A stretch of 64,000 bases of DNA. It comes from the human T2T-CHM13v2.0 reference genome, Homo sapiens. The position numbers were made by a program, and so were the translations under genes. Numbering within the stretch: the stretch's first letter is position 1; each line of letters opens with the position of its first letter. Of this stretch, positions 16,248 through 32,268 are shown piece after piece. Below the pieces are notes generated by a model, which did no database searches, had not been told where the DNA came from, and worked only from the letters and a program-made list of their open reading frames with translations. Location of the stretch: assembly GCF_009914755.1 (NCBI RefSeq), contig NC_060936.1; one strand, given 5' to 3'.

Positions 16248-16648
<401 letters not shown>

Positions 16649-19073
16649 ATACCACAGCTTCTTTATCCACTCATTGATTATTGGGCATTTGAGTTGGTGC
16701 CATGATTTCACAATTGTGAATTGTGCTACTATAAACATGCATGTGCAAGTATCTTTTTCGAATAATGACTTCTTTTCCTCTGGGTGGATTCCCAGTAGTG
16801 GGATTGCTGGATCAAATGGTAATTCTACTTTTAGTTCTTTAAGGAATGTCCACACTGTTTTCCACAGTGGTTGTACTAGTTTACATTCCCCGCAGCAGTG
16901 TAGAAGTGTTCCCTCTTCACTGCATCCATGCCAACACTACTGTGTTTTTTATTATGGCCATTCTTGCAGGAGTGAGGTGGTATCACATTGTGGTTTTGAT
17001 TTGCATTTTCCTGATCATTAGTGATGTTGAGCATTTTTTCATGTTTGTTGGCCATTTGTATATCTTTTGAGAATTGTCTATTCATGTCCTTAGCCCACTT
17101 TTCAATGGGATTTTTTTTTTCTTACTGATTTGTTTGAGTTCATTGTAGATTCTGGATATTAGTCCTTTGTCAGATGTATAGATTCTGAAAATTTTCTCCC
17201 ACTCTGTGAGTTGTATGTTTACCCTGCTGACTTCCTTTTGCTGTGTAAAAGCTCTTTAGTTTAATTAGGTCCCAGCTATTTATCTTTGTTTTTATTGCAT
17301 TCGCTTTTGGGTTCTTGGTCATGAAATCCTTGCCTAAGTCAATGTCTAGAAGGGTTTTTCCAATGTTATGTTCCAGAATTTTTATAGTTTCATGTCTTAG
17401 GTTTAAGTCCTTAATTCATCTTGAGTTGATTTCTGTATAAGGTGAGAGATGAGGATCTTTACATTACTGTTTGGTTTATCGAAGATCAGTTGGCTGTAAA
17501 TATTTGGGTTTATTTCTGTGTTCTCTATTCTGTTCCATTGGTCTATGTGCCTACTTTTATACCAGTACCACACTGTTTTGGTGACTATGGCCTTATAGTA
17601 TAGTTTGAAATCAGGTAGTGTGATGCCTCCAGATTTGTTCTTTTTGCTTAGTCTCAGTTTGGCTATGCAGGCTCTTTTTTGGTGCCATATGAATTTTAGA
17701 ATTGTTTTTTGTAATTCTGTGAAGAATGATGGTGGTATTCTGATGGGGATGGTGTTGAATTTGTAGATTGCTTTTGGCAGGATGATCATTTTCACAATAT
17801 TGATTCTACCCATCCATGAGCACGGGATGTGTTTCCATTTGTTTGTGTCATCTAGGATTTCTTTCAGAAGTGTTTTGTAGTTTTCCTTGCAGAGGTCTTT
17901 CGACTCCTTTGTTAGGTATATTCCTAAGTATTTTATTTTATTTTTGCAGCTATTGTAAAAGGGGTTGCATTCTTGATTTGATTCTCTGCTTGGTTGCTGT
18001 TGGTGTATAGAAGAGCTACTGATTTGTGTACATTAATCTTGTATCCACAAACTTTGATGAGTTCTTTTATCAGTTCTAGAAGCTTTCTAGAGGAGTCCTT
18101 TGCGTTTTCAAGGTAAACGATCATATTGTCAACAAACAGTGACAGTTTGACTTCCTCTTTACTAATTTGGAGGTCCTTTATTTCTTTCTCTTGTCTGATT
18201 GCTCTGGCTAGGACTTCCAGTACTATGTTGAAGAAGAGTGGTGAGAGTGGGTATCCTTGTCCTGTTCCAGTTCTCAGCAGGAATATTTTCATCTTTTCCC
18301 TATTCAGTATTATGTTGGCTGTGAGTTTGTCATAGATGGCTTTTATTACATTAAGGTATGTCCCTGGTTTGCTGATTTTGCTGAGGGTTTTAATCATAAA
18401 GAGATGCTGGATTTTGCCAAATGCTTTTTCTGCATCTACTGAGATGATCATGTGACTTTTATTTTTAATTCTGTTTGCGTGATGTATCACATTTATTGAC
18501 TTGCATGTGTTAAACCATCCCTGCCTCCCTGGTATGAAACCCACTTGATCATGGTGAATTATCTTTTTGATATGTTGTTGGATTTGGTTAGCTAGCATTT
18601 TGTTAAGGATTTTAGCATCTATGTTCATCAAGGATATTGGTCTGTAGTTTTCTTTTTTGATTATGTCCTTTCCTGGTTTTAGTATTAGGGTTGTGCTGAC
18701 TTTATAGGATGAATTAGGGAGGGTTCCTTCTTTCTCTATCTTGTAGAATAGTATCAAAAGGATTGGTACCAATTCTTTGAACGTCTGGTAGAATTCTGCT
18801 GTGAATCCAACCGGGCCTGGACTTTTTTTTTGTTGGTAATTTTTTAATTACCATTTCAATCTCACTGCTTGTTATTGGTCTGTTCAGGGTATTTAATTCT
18901 TCCTGGTTTAAGCTAGGAGGGTTGTATTTTTCCAGGAATTTATCCATCTCTTCTAGGTTTTCTAGTTTATGTGCGTAAAGATGTTCATAGTAGCCTTGAA
19001 TGATCTTTTGTATTTCAGTATTGTCAGTTGTAATATCTCCTGTTTCATTTCTTAGTGAGGTTATTTGGATTTT

Positions 19074-20171
19074 TGTTGTGGGAAGTCAGGGACCCCGAAC
19101 AGAGGGACTGGCTGAAGCCATGGCAGAAGAATGTGGATTGTGAAGATTTCATGGACATTTATTAGTTCCCCAAATTAATACTTTTATAATTTCTTACACC
19201 TGTCTTTACTACAGTCTCTGAACATAAATTGTGAAGATTTCATGGACACTTATCACTTCCCCAGTCAATACCCTTGTGATTTCCTATGCCTGTCTTTACT
19301 TTAATCTCTTAATCCCATCATCTTCATAAGATAAGGAGGATGTATGTTGCCTCAGGACCCTGTGATGATTGCGTTAACTGCACAAATTGTTTGTAGAGCA
19401 TGTGTGTTTGAACAATATGAAACCTGGGCACCTTGAAAAAAGAACAGGATAACAGCAATGTTCAGGGAACAAGAGAGATAACCTTAAACTCTGACCGCCA
19501 GTGAGCCAGGCGGAACAGAGCCATATTTCTCTTCTTTCAAAAGCAAATGGGAGAAATATCTCAGAATTCTTTTTCTCAGCAAGGAACATCCCTGAGAAAG
19601 AGAATGCGTCCCTGAGGGTAGGCCTCTAAAATGGCCGCTTTGGGGGGCGGCATCTTTTATGGTCGAAGCTGTAGGGATGAAATAAGCCCCAGTCTCCTGT
19701 AGCGCTCCCAGGCTTATTAGGACGAGGAAATTCCCGCCTAATAAATTTTGGTCAGACTGGTTGTCTGCTCTCAAACCCTGTCTCCTGATAAGATGTTATC
19801 AATGACAATGCATGCCCAAAACTTCATTAGCAATTTTAATTTCGCCCTGGTCCTGTGGCCCTGTGATCTCGCCCTCCTCCATTTGCCTTGTGATATTCTA
19901 TTACCTTGTGAAGCACATGATGTCTGTGACCCACACCCTATTTGTACACTCCCTCCCCTTTTGAAAATCACTAATAAAAACTTGCTGGTTTTGCAGCTTG
20001 TGGGGCATCACAGAACCTGCCAACATGTGATGTCTCCCCTGGACACCCAGCTTTAAAATTTCTCTCTTTTATACTCTTTCCCTTTATTTCTCAGACCGGC
20101 CGACACTTAGGGAAAATAGAAAAGAAACTACATGAAATTTCGCCGTATATCTGGCTGAATTTCCCCTGATA
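19074..20171 (+). mobile_element. MER11 (HERV-K11/HML-8) solo LTR, MER11B/C-like
   Basis: Begins tgttgtgggaagtcagggacccc, internal duplicated attgtgaagatttcatggaca, ends ttcccctgata; 6-bp TSD GATTTT (19068-19073, 20172-20177). Confidence 0.9.
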
Positions 20172-21326
20172 GATTTTTCTCTCTTCTTTTCTTGATTAAT
20201 CTTGCTAGTGGTCTAACAATTTCATTTATCTTTCCAAAGAACCAATTTTTTGTTTCATTTACCTTTGTATTTTTTTTTTGTTTCAATTTCATTTAGTTCT
20301 GCTCCAATCTTGGTTATTTCCTTTCTTCTGCTGGGTTTGGTTTGCTCTTGTTTCTGTAGTTCCTTGACATGTGACCCTAGATTGTCTGTTTGTGCTCTTT
20401 CAGGCTTTTTGATGTAGGCATTTAGGCCCAAAAACTTTCCTCTTAGCACCACCTTTGCTGTATCCTAGAGGCTTTGATAAGCTGTGTCATTATTGTCATT
20501 CAGTTTGAATAATTTTTAAATTTCCATCTTAATTTCATTTTTGACCCAATGCTCATTCAGGAGCACGTTATTTAATTTCCATGTATTTGCATGGTTTTTT
20601 TTTTTTTTGGAGTTGCTTTCCAGTTTTATTCCACTGTTGTCTGAGAGAGTGCTTGATATAATTTCAATTTTCTTAAATTTATTGAGGCTCGTTTTATGGC
20701 TTATCGTATGGTTTATCTTGGAGAAAGTTCCATGCACTGTTGAATAGAATGTGTATCCTACTTAGGATTGTAATATTTTTCTGTTGGACAAGGCCTTTTA
20801 CCATTATATACTGTACCTCTTTGTCTCCTTTAACTGCTGTTGCTTTTAAGTTTGTTTTGTCTGATATGAGAATAGCTACCTCTGCTTGCTTTTTGATGTC
20901 CATTTGCATGAAATGTCTTTTTCCACCCCTTTACTTTAAGTTTATGTGAGTTTTTATGTGTTAGGTGAGTCTCCTGAAGGCAGCAGATGGTTGGTTGGTG
21001 AATTCTTATCCATTCTGTGGTTCTGTGTCTTTTAAGTGGAGCACTTAGGCCATTTACATTCAATATTAGTATTGAAATGTGAGGTACCATTGCTTTCACT
21101 GTACTCTTTGTTGCCTATGTACTTTGGTTTTGTTTTTTGTTTTTGCTTTTTAACTTGTATTTTTGTTTTATAGGTCCTGTATGATTTATGCTTTAAAGAA
21201 GTTCTGTTTTGATGTGTTTCCAGGATTTGTTTCAAGATTTAGAGCTACTTTTAGCAGTTGTTGTAGTGGTGATTTGGTAATGGCGAATTCTCTCAACATT
21301 TGTTTGTGTGAAAATGACTGTATCTT

Positions 21327-22179
<853 letters not shown>

Positions 22180-24349
22180 TTATTCAATTCTATTGCTGAG
22201 ACTTTCCAGGGAATTTTGCATTTTTAAAAGTGTGTCCAAGGTTTCCTGAATTTTTTATTGTTTTTCCTTTAAGCTATGTATTTCCATGAATATTTCTCCC
22301 TTCCCTTCTTGTATCATGTTTTGGATTTCCTTGCATTGGGCTTTGCCTTTCTGTGGTCCCTCCCTGATTAGCTTAATAACTAATCTCCTGAATTCTTTTT
22401 CAGGTAAATCAGGGATTTCTTCTTGGTTTGGATCCATTGCTGGTGAACTAGTGTAATTTTTGGGGGGTGTTGAAGAGCCTCGTTTTGTCATATTATGAGG
22501 GTTGTTTTTCTGGTTCCTTCTCATTTGGGTAGGCTCTGTCAGAGAGAAGATCTAGGGCTGAAGACTGTTGTTCAGATTCTTTTGTCCCACGGTGTGTTCC
22601 CTTGTTGTAGTACTTTCCCCCTGTTCTTGTGGATGTGGCTTCCTGTGAGCCAAACTGCAGTGATTGTTGTCTCTCTTCTAGGTCTAGTCACCCAGTAAGT
22701 CTATCCAGCCACAGGCTGGTACTGGGGTTGTCTGCACAGAGTCCTGTGATGTGAACTGTCTATGGGTCTCTCAGCCATAGATACAGTGCCTGTTCCAGTG
22801 GAGGTGGCGGAGGGTGCAATGGACTCCATGAGAGTCCTTAGCTTTGGTGGCTTAATGCTCTATTTTTGTGCTGATTGGCCTCCTGCCAGTAGGTGGTGTT
22901 TTCCAGAAACCGTCAGCTGCAGTAGTGTGGAGAGGGACCGACGGTGGGCAGGGCCCTAGAACTCCCAAGATTATATGCCCTTTGTCTTCCACTACCAGGG
23001 TGGATAGGGAAGGACCATCAGGGTGGGGTTAGGTGTGTCTGAGTGCAGACTCTCCTTGGGCAGGTCTTGCTGTGGCTGATGTGGGGGATGGGGGCAAGAT
23101 TCCCAGGTCACTGGAGTTGTGTACCTAGGAGGATTATGGCTGCCTCTGCTGAGTCATGCAGTTTGTCAGGAAAATGGGGGAAAGCCGGCAGTCATACGCC
23201 TCACCCAGCTCTCACACAAACTGAAGGGCTGGTCTCACTCCCACTGTGCCCACCTCAACAACTCCGAGTCTGTTTCCAGGCAGAGGGCAAGACGGGCTTG
23301 AAAATTTGCCTGAGGCTATTTGCCTCCCAGCTGTGAAACAAAAGGGCTCTAGTTCTTCCTCTGCCTGTGAAGTCTGCACACCGGATTCTCACCCTCCCCT
23401 GGTTCTGGCCAGGAGGCTTCTCACCCCCGTTCAAATTGTTGCAAAGTTCAGCTAGAGATTTCCTTCTCCCTGTGGAGTTTTACCCCCTGCTCCTCTGGCC
23501 GCCCTCCTGTTGGATCCCTGTGGTGCCAGGCAGGAATGGGCTGCTTGGGGACCCAGCAAGCTCCCAGGGCCTTTCTGCTGCTTCCTCTATGCCTGTATTT
23601 TGCTAGCCTCTCTAACTTGACTCAGCTCCAGGTAAAGTCAGAGACCTCTCAGAAATAGACCTTTAGCTTCTCCAGTGAGGGTGTGTGTTCAGGAGAGGAG
23701 GGTCTCCCTTTCCCACTTCTGCAGTTGGGGCACTCACAGTATTTAGGGTGTCTCCCGGGTCCTACAGGAGTAGTCCGCTTCCTTCAGAAGGTCTGTGGGT
23801 CCTTTCAGGATTGCTGGTTTGTTCTTACAGTTGATCTGCAGCTAAAATTCACAATGCAAGCCTCCGCGTACTATCTAGTCCTGCCTCCCATCCACCATGA
23901 TGCCCTGAATCCCCTCACATCATTTTTCAAAAGCGGTACAATAATATGATTTTTTGTAGCTTTAAATCTCAAAAATATAAAAAAGAGAGGATGGTTTGGC
24001 TCAATGCCAACAATACGGAAAGCATCTTTTCAGAGGTTATGTAAGAACATAAGAGGTAAGAAACAAAATGATTATGCCATGTGTAAAACTAGAAAGCTGG
24101 GAGTGGCCCAGATCTCAGGGGCAGTTGTGAAAAAAACAAAAGATGGTAGTCACATGCAAAGAGAAAATCACTAGTTCTGGGGAGAGTTTAAGTACAGGAA
24201 TACCACACAAAAATTAAGCGAAAGACCTATTTACCTTTGCTAAAATTCAAAGTAAATTAATCTCCAACATAGAGAAGATCGTTAGTATAACAAACCAACT
24301 GTTTTAGTTTTTGTATGCTTGTGGTGGTGGTGGTGGTTTTGGTTGCAAG

Positions 24350-24975
24350 TGTGGGGGTCAAAGGAGCACTCACCTTGACCCTCTGAAGTTTTATTGAAAA
24401 ACCAAGTCTCAAAAGACAGATTAATGGAAGAAAAGGCATACAAATTTATTTAGCATGTATACACGGGAGCCTTCGGACCCAAAGGCACAGGTAAATTGTT
24501 CATTTTTATGCTTAAGTTCACCGGACTATGGACAGCCACACAGAAATACAAGTGGATAGGAAAGGTACGATCCAACGCTAACACCGAGTTGGGAAACCCA
24601 GCAAGGCCTGTCTGTCTAGATTCTTCTTGGCCTCTCTGTGCGGCACTCCTTCCCTCCGGGTATGGGGCAGGACCCTCTCTGGAATGGGGGTCTTATAACC
24701 TACAGTTAAACAAGCAGGTCAGAGAATTTCTCTATGGCCAGTTTTTACTCAGAAAAGGAGAGGGGTAAGTTAGAATAATATTTTTAGGTTTTATGGCTAG
24801 CTTTAGGGGAACAGGGTTCTGGTTGCTATGACGGCCTTGGGGAAGAGGGATTCTAACTTTTATGGTGAGCCTCAGGGAAGAATGAGATTGAGAGACCAGA
24901 GGGCAGAAAAGATCAGAGAAAAAACTTTGACTTCTGAAGTCTTCATTTGGGGATGTTGTTTTTTTGAGCCCCAAT
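24350..24975 (-). mobile_element. ERV1-class solo LTR (MER4-group; subfamily uncertain)
   Basis: gattaatggaagaaaaggcatacaaatttatt (antisense poly(A) region) and LTR-like termini. Confidence 0.65.
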
Positions 24976-25804
24976 ATAAGCTCACGGTCTTACTTCAACT
25001 AGTTCAGGCTAAAAAAGAATTCACCAGTTTATATAAAGGGAAGCTGAGGGATTAACAATCCTCAAGTATCAATGAGACCAAGGCTGACTCTTCAGGGCTC
25101 TGTCTTACCTTCCAGCTCTCGCATGCTTTTCTGAGTGTGGGCTTCCTTCTCAGGAAAGCTCTCCCTACCTGGTAGAAGAGAGGGCCGTTGGCAATATGTA
25201 CACGAATAAGACATAATCTGCGTTCTTGTCTTCATCTAATAAAAATTAAGTCCATTTCCAGAGAATTCTATCTCTATTCCATTTACTTAAGCAACTATTC
25301 CTAATTTTTTTTTTTTTGGCCTATTTTCATTCTCTTTCCACATGTGACCATCGTAGTAAATTCCAGACTATACACAATTTTTTACCTTTTCACTTTATGT
25401 GATTTTATTTGCACCTGCCCAATAATATAATCTTTGTATTTTCATATAGCTGCCCATTGATTCAACCTACATTTTTAAAGCACAGTTTTCATTTGGAAAT
25501 TCTGTGTTAGCTTATGGTGAAAGAGCTCATATCCTAAACAGGGTATCCTGAATTATCATCACAGGAAAAGGAAGTGCTAGGTCATCTAGAAACCTGCCCT
25601 TGGTTTGCTTCAGAGCACTTCTCTGTTGACTTCCAGAACATTTACTGATAACCTACTGTATGACAGTAGGCATTGTGCTAGGTGCTTGATAGATACGTGG
25701 ATAGATAGATTCATATATATGTATACACTCATATATAAAAAAAAATACATATCCATTTCTTTTGCCTAAAATTTAAAATTTACATCTTGACATAATTTCA
25801 GATA

Positions 25805-26514
25805 TGTCAACCAAAAGCCCACCATGGTGGCTAAACTGTAGAAAGAAGAGCTTTATTAGTGATACCAGTTTGAAAACTGAGAAAGGACAGTCTTTGGTGT
25901 ATACTGAAGGTGCTCTCTTCAAAGAGGGAAAAGTCAGGTTGGTTTTATGCCTCACAGGGTCTGTATTACACAATAGAGTCACACATGTTCAGCAGGTTTA
26001 GGGGAATAGCTATATATATTTATGAGGGGAGTTGAGCACACATACAATGGGCAAACATGTATGTAACATATATCTCATGTTCATTTTGGGGAGGGGTTTT
26101 AGCATTAGAATTAGGTGGAATTGGCTCTTTACATCAAAAGGTAAACTATATAACACAAAGACAGTTTGTACGCAGTCTCTATAAACTAGTTGAAGCTGGC
26201 TTAAAGTCTGCAGTTGCTTATTAGGAAAGAATGTTTGTAACGCAGATTCTCTGTCCAATCAGCATTGCAGTGGTCTGGGTGGCAAATCAGAGTTAGGAGG
26301 GGTCTGATAATTTGCCTGGTAGCTCCTATTATTAGGGAGTTTAGCAAGAGTATAGAATTTTTTTTTTTTTTTTTTTTTTGTAGCCATAGGGATTTAGGAA
26401 GTTGCCATGCCAGCCAAGCTCTGAACCCTCAACTTGTAGGTAACTTTTGCTTCCTTAACCTTAGGGTCTATCTTGGTTGATAAAGGGGCATCTATTTTGG
26501 TCGGTCAGATCACA
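25805..26514 (-). mobile_element. ERV1-class solo LTR (MER4-group, MER83-like)
   Basis: TG...CA termini, antisense aataaa, 4-bp TSD gat(a/c). Confidence 0.65.
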
Positions 26515-29364
26515 GATCTTTGTTGCTATAACCATACAAAAAATTGCCACAAGTCCTTTACATTCTCAGATTCCTCAAACATTAACATTTTATTATCATT
26601 TTCTCTTTGAGCGTTTCAGACATGATACTCCATTATTTTTAAACACTTCATCATATATTTCCTGAAAACAAAGACATTCTTTTACATAACCATTGAATAA
26701 TTATCAAAATCAGATAATTAACATTAATGCAAAAGTATTGTCTAATCTATAGATTATATACACATCCTTTCGTCCCAAAATAATGTCTATTATAACAAAA
26801 CAAAGTCTGGATTAGATGTTGTATTCAATTTTTATTTCACTTGAACAATTGCCCAGTTTATCCTTCATGATATTGACATCTTTTAAGAGTGCAGACTATA
26901 AATTTTGTGCAATGTGCCTCAATGTGGGTTTATCAGATGTCTCCTCATGATTATGTTCAAGATATGCCTTTCGCTAGGAATACCAAAGAAGTGACGTTGT
27001 CTTCTTCTCAATGCATCATTTCAGGAGGCACATAATGCCAATTTATTCCATGTCCCTTTTTAAAAAGTGCTCAGCATCTAGGATTGGTGACAGTCTCACA
27101 GAGCAATACCTGTGATGTAGTCCGATTAGTACAATAAGAGAGGTGTACAAGTTTGTCCAGCATCTCTTACTCCTTCCTCATATTCTCTTGGCTCACCTTT
27201 TTGCTCCACACATTGCTGCTGCTGCCAACTATGCTCTGACATCGCCTTGCCTCAAGTGCACGGAGCATCTCTTGCTTTTCTTGCTTTTTGTGGTGAGGCT
27301 TCTCTGCCACCACCACGTGGAATGCCTGCAGAAGCCCATCCAGCTATTTTGGCACATGCGCAGACTGGAAGAGTGAAGGAGTGGACATTTCCTGGGGCAA
27401 TCTTCTACCACTGAAGGGTAGAACTCGTGAATCAATAATCTCTTCTGTGTCAGACAATTCTGACAATTCTGAGGCCCACTCTATGCAGTTTTTCAAAGGG
27501 CCCCCAGCATGACCACGCTCCAGTTTCCCATAGTGGTGACCAGCTCAATAACACACCGTTTGGATTTGCTTTCTTCCTTTCCGTTTACCATTTTCCCCCA
27601 GGTCCCTTCTCCTGTCTCCTGGAATCTCTTTCCAAGGTAAGCCCATTATATGCAAGCACTTGTCTCAGACTCTGCCTTTTGCGGGAACCTAAGACATTTG
27701 ATATAAGGAGTAGACCTAGAAAGCAGACCTCTTGCCCCCAGGAAGGAATTCTGGAACTGAATTACTCACCAATCAGACTCCTCCACTTCTGGTGGAAAGA
27801 GTGTGCAGTGTCAACCCCTTGCCTGAATCAGCATCTCCAAGACTTTCACTGGTGGATGATAGGGATGAGGTATAGGTGGAAAGTCAAGCATTTGCTTATG
27901 GAATAGGGATGGCCTTTGAATGGTTTGAAGGCAATGGTAATCATAAGATACGTGGATTGGCTCACTTTTGTTAAGGGCTCCTTAAGACCGCCGCCGCTGT
28001 CCCCCACCCCCCAACCTTTTGTAAGTGACAGGTACAAGTTACCAACTTCCAAGGCAGGCCATGAAAAATGGAAAGTCTCTAAGGTAGTATTTAAAGAGAT
28101 GCTTGTCTTCTGTATCCCTAGAGCAAACTGTGTTGATGATGAGACCCAGGATTGACCTTTAAGGTAACATAGCTACAAAGGAAATGCACTCCCTTGACAA
28201 GTCTTCTATGCCAAAGACAAGGCCCTGGTAGGGAAAGAATGGAATCCTGAGACCTGTAGTGTTAGGATTTAGGTGGACAAGGCTGAGAAATTTCCACTCC
28301 AAGATTCTTCTGAACTCTGTGTTGGAACAAGTAGCTCCCTCTGTTTTGCCGGAGCAGAACAGCCTCCCCTTGTGTGGAGACCCTGCAAATCCTTCAGATG
28401 AGGAATAGCGTATACTTAAACAAGGAATGGGAAAACTGGCTAATATTTACCTGCAGGAAAAGGGGATACAGGCATGGGAGTAGGTCTTAAAAGTGTTAGG
28501 CCAGGGAGGGGAGAATATAAAGGTGGACAGGAGAGAACATATTGACTCTGGAAAACACTTGGACTTTCATGATATGGCAAGGACACATGGAGCTGGACCT
28601 AATGTACTGCTGGGATGGTTCCCTGGAGCCTGGACAGGATGAGGGTCTATAGCAAATGAGGGAGAGATTCTAGAAGTACCTTGACTGCCTTGAGAAAGGT
28701 ATCAGAAGGCTCTAGGAAGTTAGAATGTTAGAGTAAATTTGTAATATATGACCTGAGAGCCCATCATGTGACCAAATATTCCTTCTAAGTGTTCAGAGGA
28801 CATACCCATCTCCAGGGAAGTAAGAAATACACTGGTGAGGGTGCCATTGGCATCTGTGGGAAGTTCCGTGGTGGCTATCCACTGTAGTTCACAATAAGAG
28901 ATGCTGCTACTATGGAACTGGACTCCCTAATATCAACTGGGTTGACAAGAATCGAAAATAGCAAAGGCCAGATGGTAGTGCTTGACTGACAGAAGGAAAG
29001 AGTACATAATTACAATAATGGGCTGCAAGGCCAGAGTGGCAACCAGAATGCCTTCACCCACAGGGCTCTGTGATAGTGACTAATAAGACCATAGCATTTC
29101 TTGGGGCAAGTTAAATGAGCATCCACTATGGTATTACTTGATCTATACGCATAAAAAGAAAACACTGATAGCTGGTGAGCAGAAGGCTGATGTCAGCTGT
29201 CTCATTGGAAAATTGCAACCCCTCAGCCAGTTTACAGACCTAAGAGACTTCTCAGAACCAGAGCTCATCACCTGAAGGGAAAGCTGAGTAAATGCCCTGC
29301 AATAATAGCACAAGTATATTCACTACATATTTCCCCATTCATTCCACAAAAGGACACACATCTA

Positions 29365-29790
29365 TGCTATCATTTGCATATTTGTCCCCTCCAAACCTCT
29401 TGTTGAAATTTGATCACCAGTGTTGGAGATAGGGCCTATTTGGGAGGTGTTTTGGTCATGGGCGTGGATCCTTCATGAATATATTAATGCCCTCCCTCAG
29501 GGATGAGTGAGTTCCCACTCCATTAATTCTTGCCAGAGCTGGTTGTTAAAAAGACCTGGCACCTCTTCCCTCTTCCTTGCTTTCTCTCTCTCCATGTGAT
29601 CTCTGAACATACAGGCTTCGCTTCCCTTCCCTTCCCACCATGAGTGAAAGCAACCTGAGGCCCTCAGCATATGCAGATGCTGGTACCATGTTTCTTGTAC
29701 AGTCTGTAGAACTGTGAGCCAAATAAATCTCTTTTCTTCATAAATTACCCAGGCCTCAGGTATTACTTTACAGCAACACAGACTAAGACA
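29365..29790 (+). mobile_element. MST-type MaLR LTR (MSTB-like)
   Basis: tgctat...ttgttgaaatttgatc...gactaagaca, 426 bp. Confidence 0.85.
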
Positions 29791-29812
29791 ACCCATTTAT
29801 GGAGAAACTGTA

Positions 29813-30191
29813 TGTATTAGTCTGTTGTCACACTGCTATAAAGAAATGCCTGAGACTGGGTAATTTATAAATGAAAGAGGTTTAATTGACTTGCACTCCC
29901 TCATGGCTGGGGAGGCCTCAGGAAACTTACCATCATGGTGGAAGGTGAAGGGGAAGCAGGCACGTTCTTCACAAGGCAGCAGGAGGGAGAGAGAGAATGC
30001 AGGAAAAACTGCCATTTAAAAACCATCTGATCTCATGAGAATTCACTCACTATTATGAGAACAGCATGGGGAAAACCACCCCCATGAGCCAGTCACCTCC
30101 CACATGATCCCTCCCTCGACACCTGGGGATTACAATTTGGATTACAATTCAAGATGAGATTTGGGTGGGGACACAGAGCCAAACCATATCA
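29813..30191 (-). mobile_element. THE1/MSTA-type MaLR LTR
   Basis: tgtattagtc...gccaaaccatatca; 5-bp TSD ctgta. Confidence 0.88.
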
Positions 30192-30217
30192 CTGTACATT
30201 GAAAAAAAAAAAAAGGA

Positions 30218-30568
30218 GGCTGGGCATGGTGGCTCACGCTTATAATCCCACCAGTTTAGGAGACTGAGGCAGGAGGATTGCTTAAACCCAGGAGTTTGAG
30301 ACCAGCCTGGACAACATGGCAAAAACACATCTTTACAAAAAACACAAAAATTAGTTGGGTGTGGTGGCGCATGCCTGTGGTCCCAGCTACTTGGGAGGCT
30401 AGTGGGGAGGATTGATTGAGCTGGATAGGTAGAGGTTGTGGTGGGTAAGCTGTGATAATGCCACTGCACTCCAGCCTGGGAGACAGCAAGACTCTGTCTC
30501 AAAAAAAAGAAAAAAAAAAGACAAAGAAAAAAGAAAAAAAAAAGGAAAGAAAAGAAAAGAAAAATAAA
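30218..30568 (+). mobile_element. Alu (AluJ-like) with long A/GAAAA tail
   Basis: Alu consensus. Confidence 0.92.
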
Positions 30569-31691
30569 GGGAACCATTCAGACATTTCAAAGCTGGTTGC
30601 ATAATAGGTTCTGAGCTAATGTTAATACCAGGAAGTTAGAAACATGGCTCCAAGTTGAGTGGGCACAGAGAACAGATGGCCCAGGTTCATCTCACCATGG
30701 TCTAACAGAGTCACAGACTCACCCTCTGCTTATATCCCTAGTTTCCCAAGTGAACAACTGGAATGGTTATATTAACAACTGGAAGAACCCTCACCTTGGT
30801 TTCCTGACGTGTAGTGAGAGTTATTATGATAGGAACAACCAGGGGAAGTCCCTGAAACTGCACACTCTCACTGGCTAAGACAGTGAATTAGAAGGAATAC
30901 AACTTCCTGAGAGGAAATGCAAAGATTAATGTCACCTTCAAAGACTCAATGGATGTGGACATGTTGGGTCAATTTGCCTATTTAGTCTGTTTGGCCAGTG
31001 CAAAAACCAGATCCATCACAGGAAATAATGGTGGACTATTGCAAGCTTTACCTAAAAATAGCCCCAAATCATACGTGCTATGTGAGGGTTTGTATATTTA
31101 CTAGAATATAACAACAGTCTTTGGTGCCTGATATGTGGATATTGCTCTAGTGAATAGGTTTCTCTCCATCCCTATGAATAAAAAGCAGCAAAAGAAGTTA
31201 CCTTTTATGAGGGAAGAAGAGCAGCACACACTAGCACACACTCACTGCTTACTGCAGGACTATGTTAACTTTCTTGCTCTGCATCACAATATACATTGTC
31301 CATAGGTCACTGATCAGCTTGGCATTCTGCAGAATATTGTGCTATACCGATGACGTCATGCCAATGGACATGCTAGTCAGTGAGTAGCAAGGTGTTTTCA
31401 CACCCAGTGGTAATCATAAATGAGAAAATGTAATAGCTCTTATCCAATAAAGCCAAAGCAACTAAGGGACCAGTCCCTCCAGGATGAAGAGCTGGACAAT
31501 CCACTAGGCAAACAACCTAGGTCAAGTAGTGGTGGAAGTGAGAGAGGGTGAACATCAATTATGAAAACAATTACAACATCAGGAAGTGTTGCTTGTTCCT
31601 CCAACACTCTTGTATAATATCTTCCATAGGCATTGCTGTCAGTTATCACCTTGAAGGCTCTGTGATAGACTACATGTGATGAAGATTCCTA

Positions 31692-32268
<577 letters not shown>

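Noticed and set aside
17933-18772. 279-aa reverse-transcriptase-like ORF
   Set aside because: Fragment of dead L1PB ORF2; catalytic motif mutated (FVDN) and flanked by frameshifts and an LTR insertion
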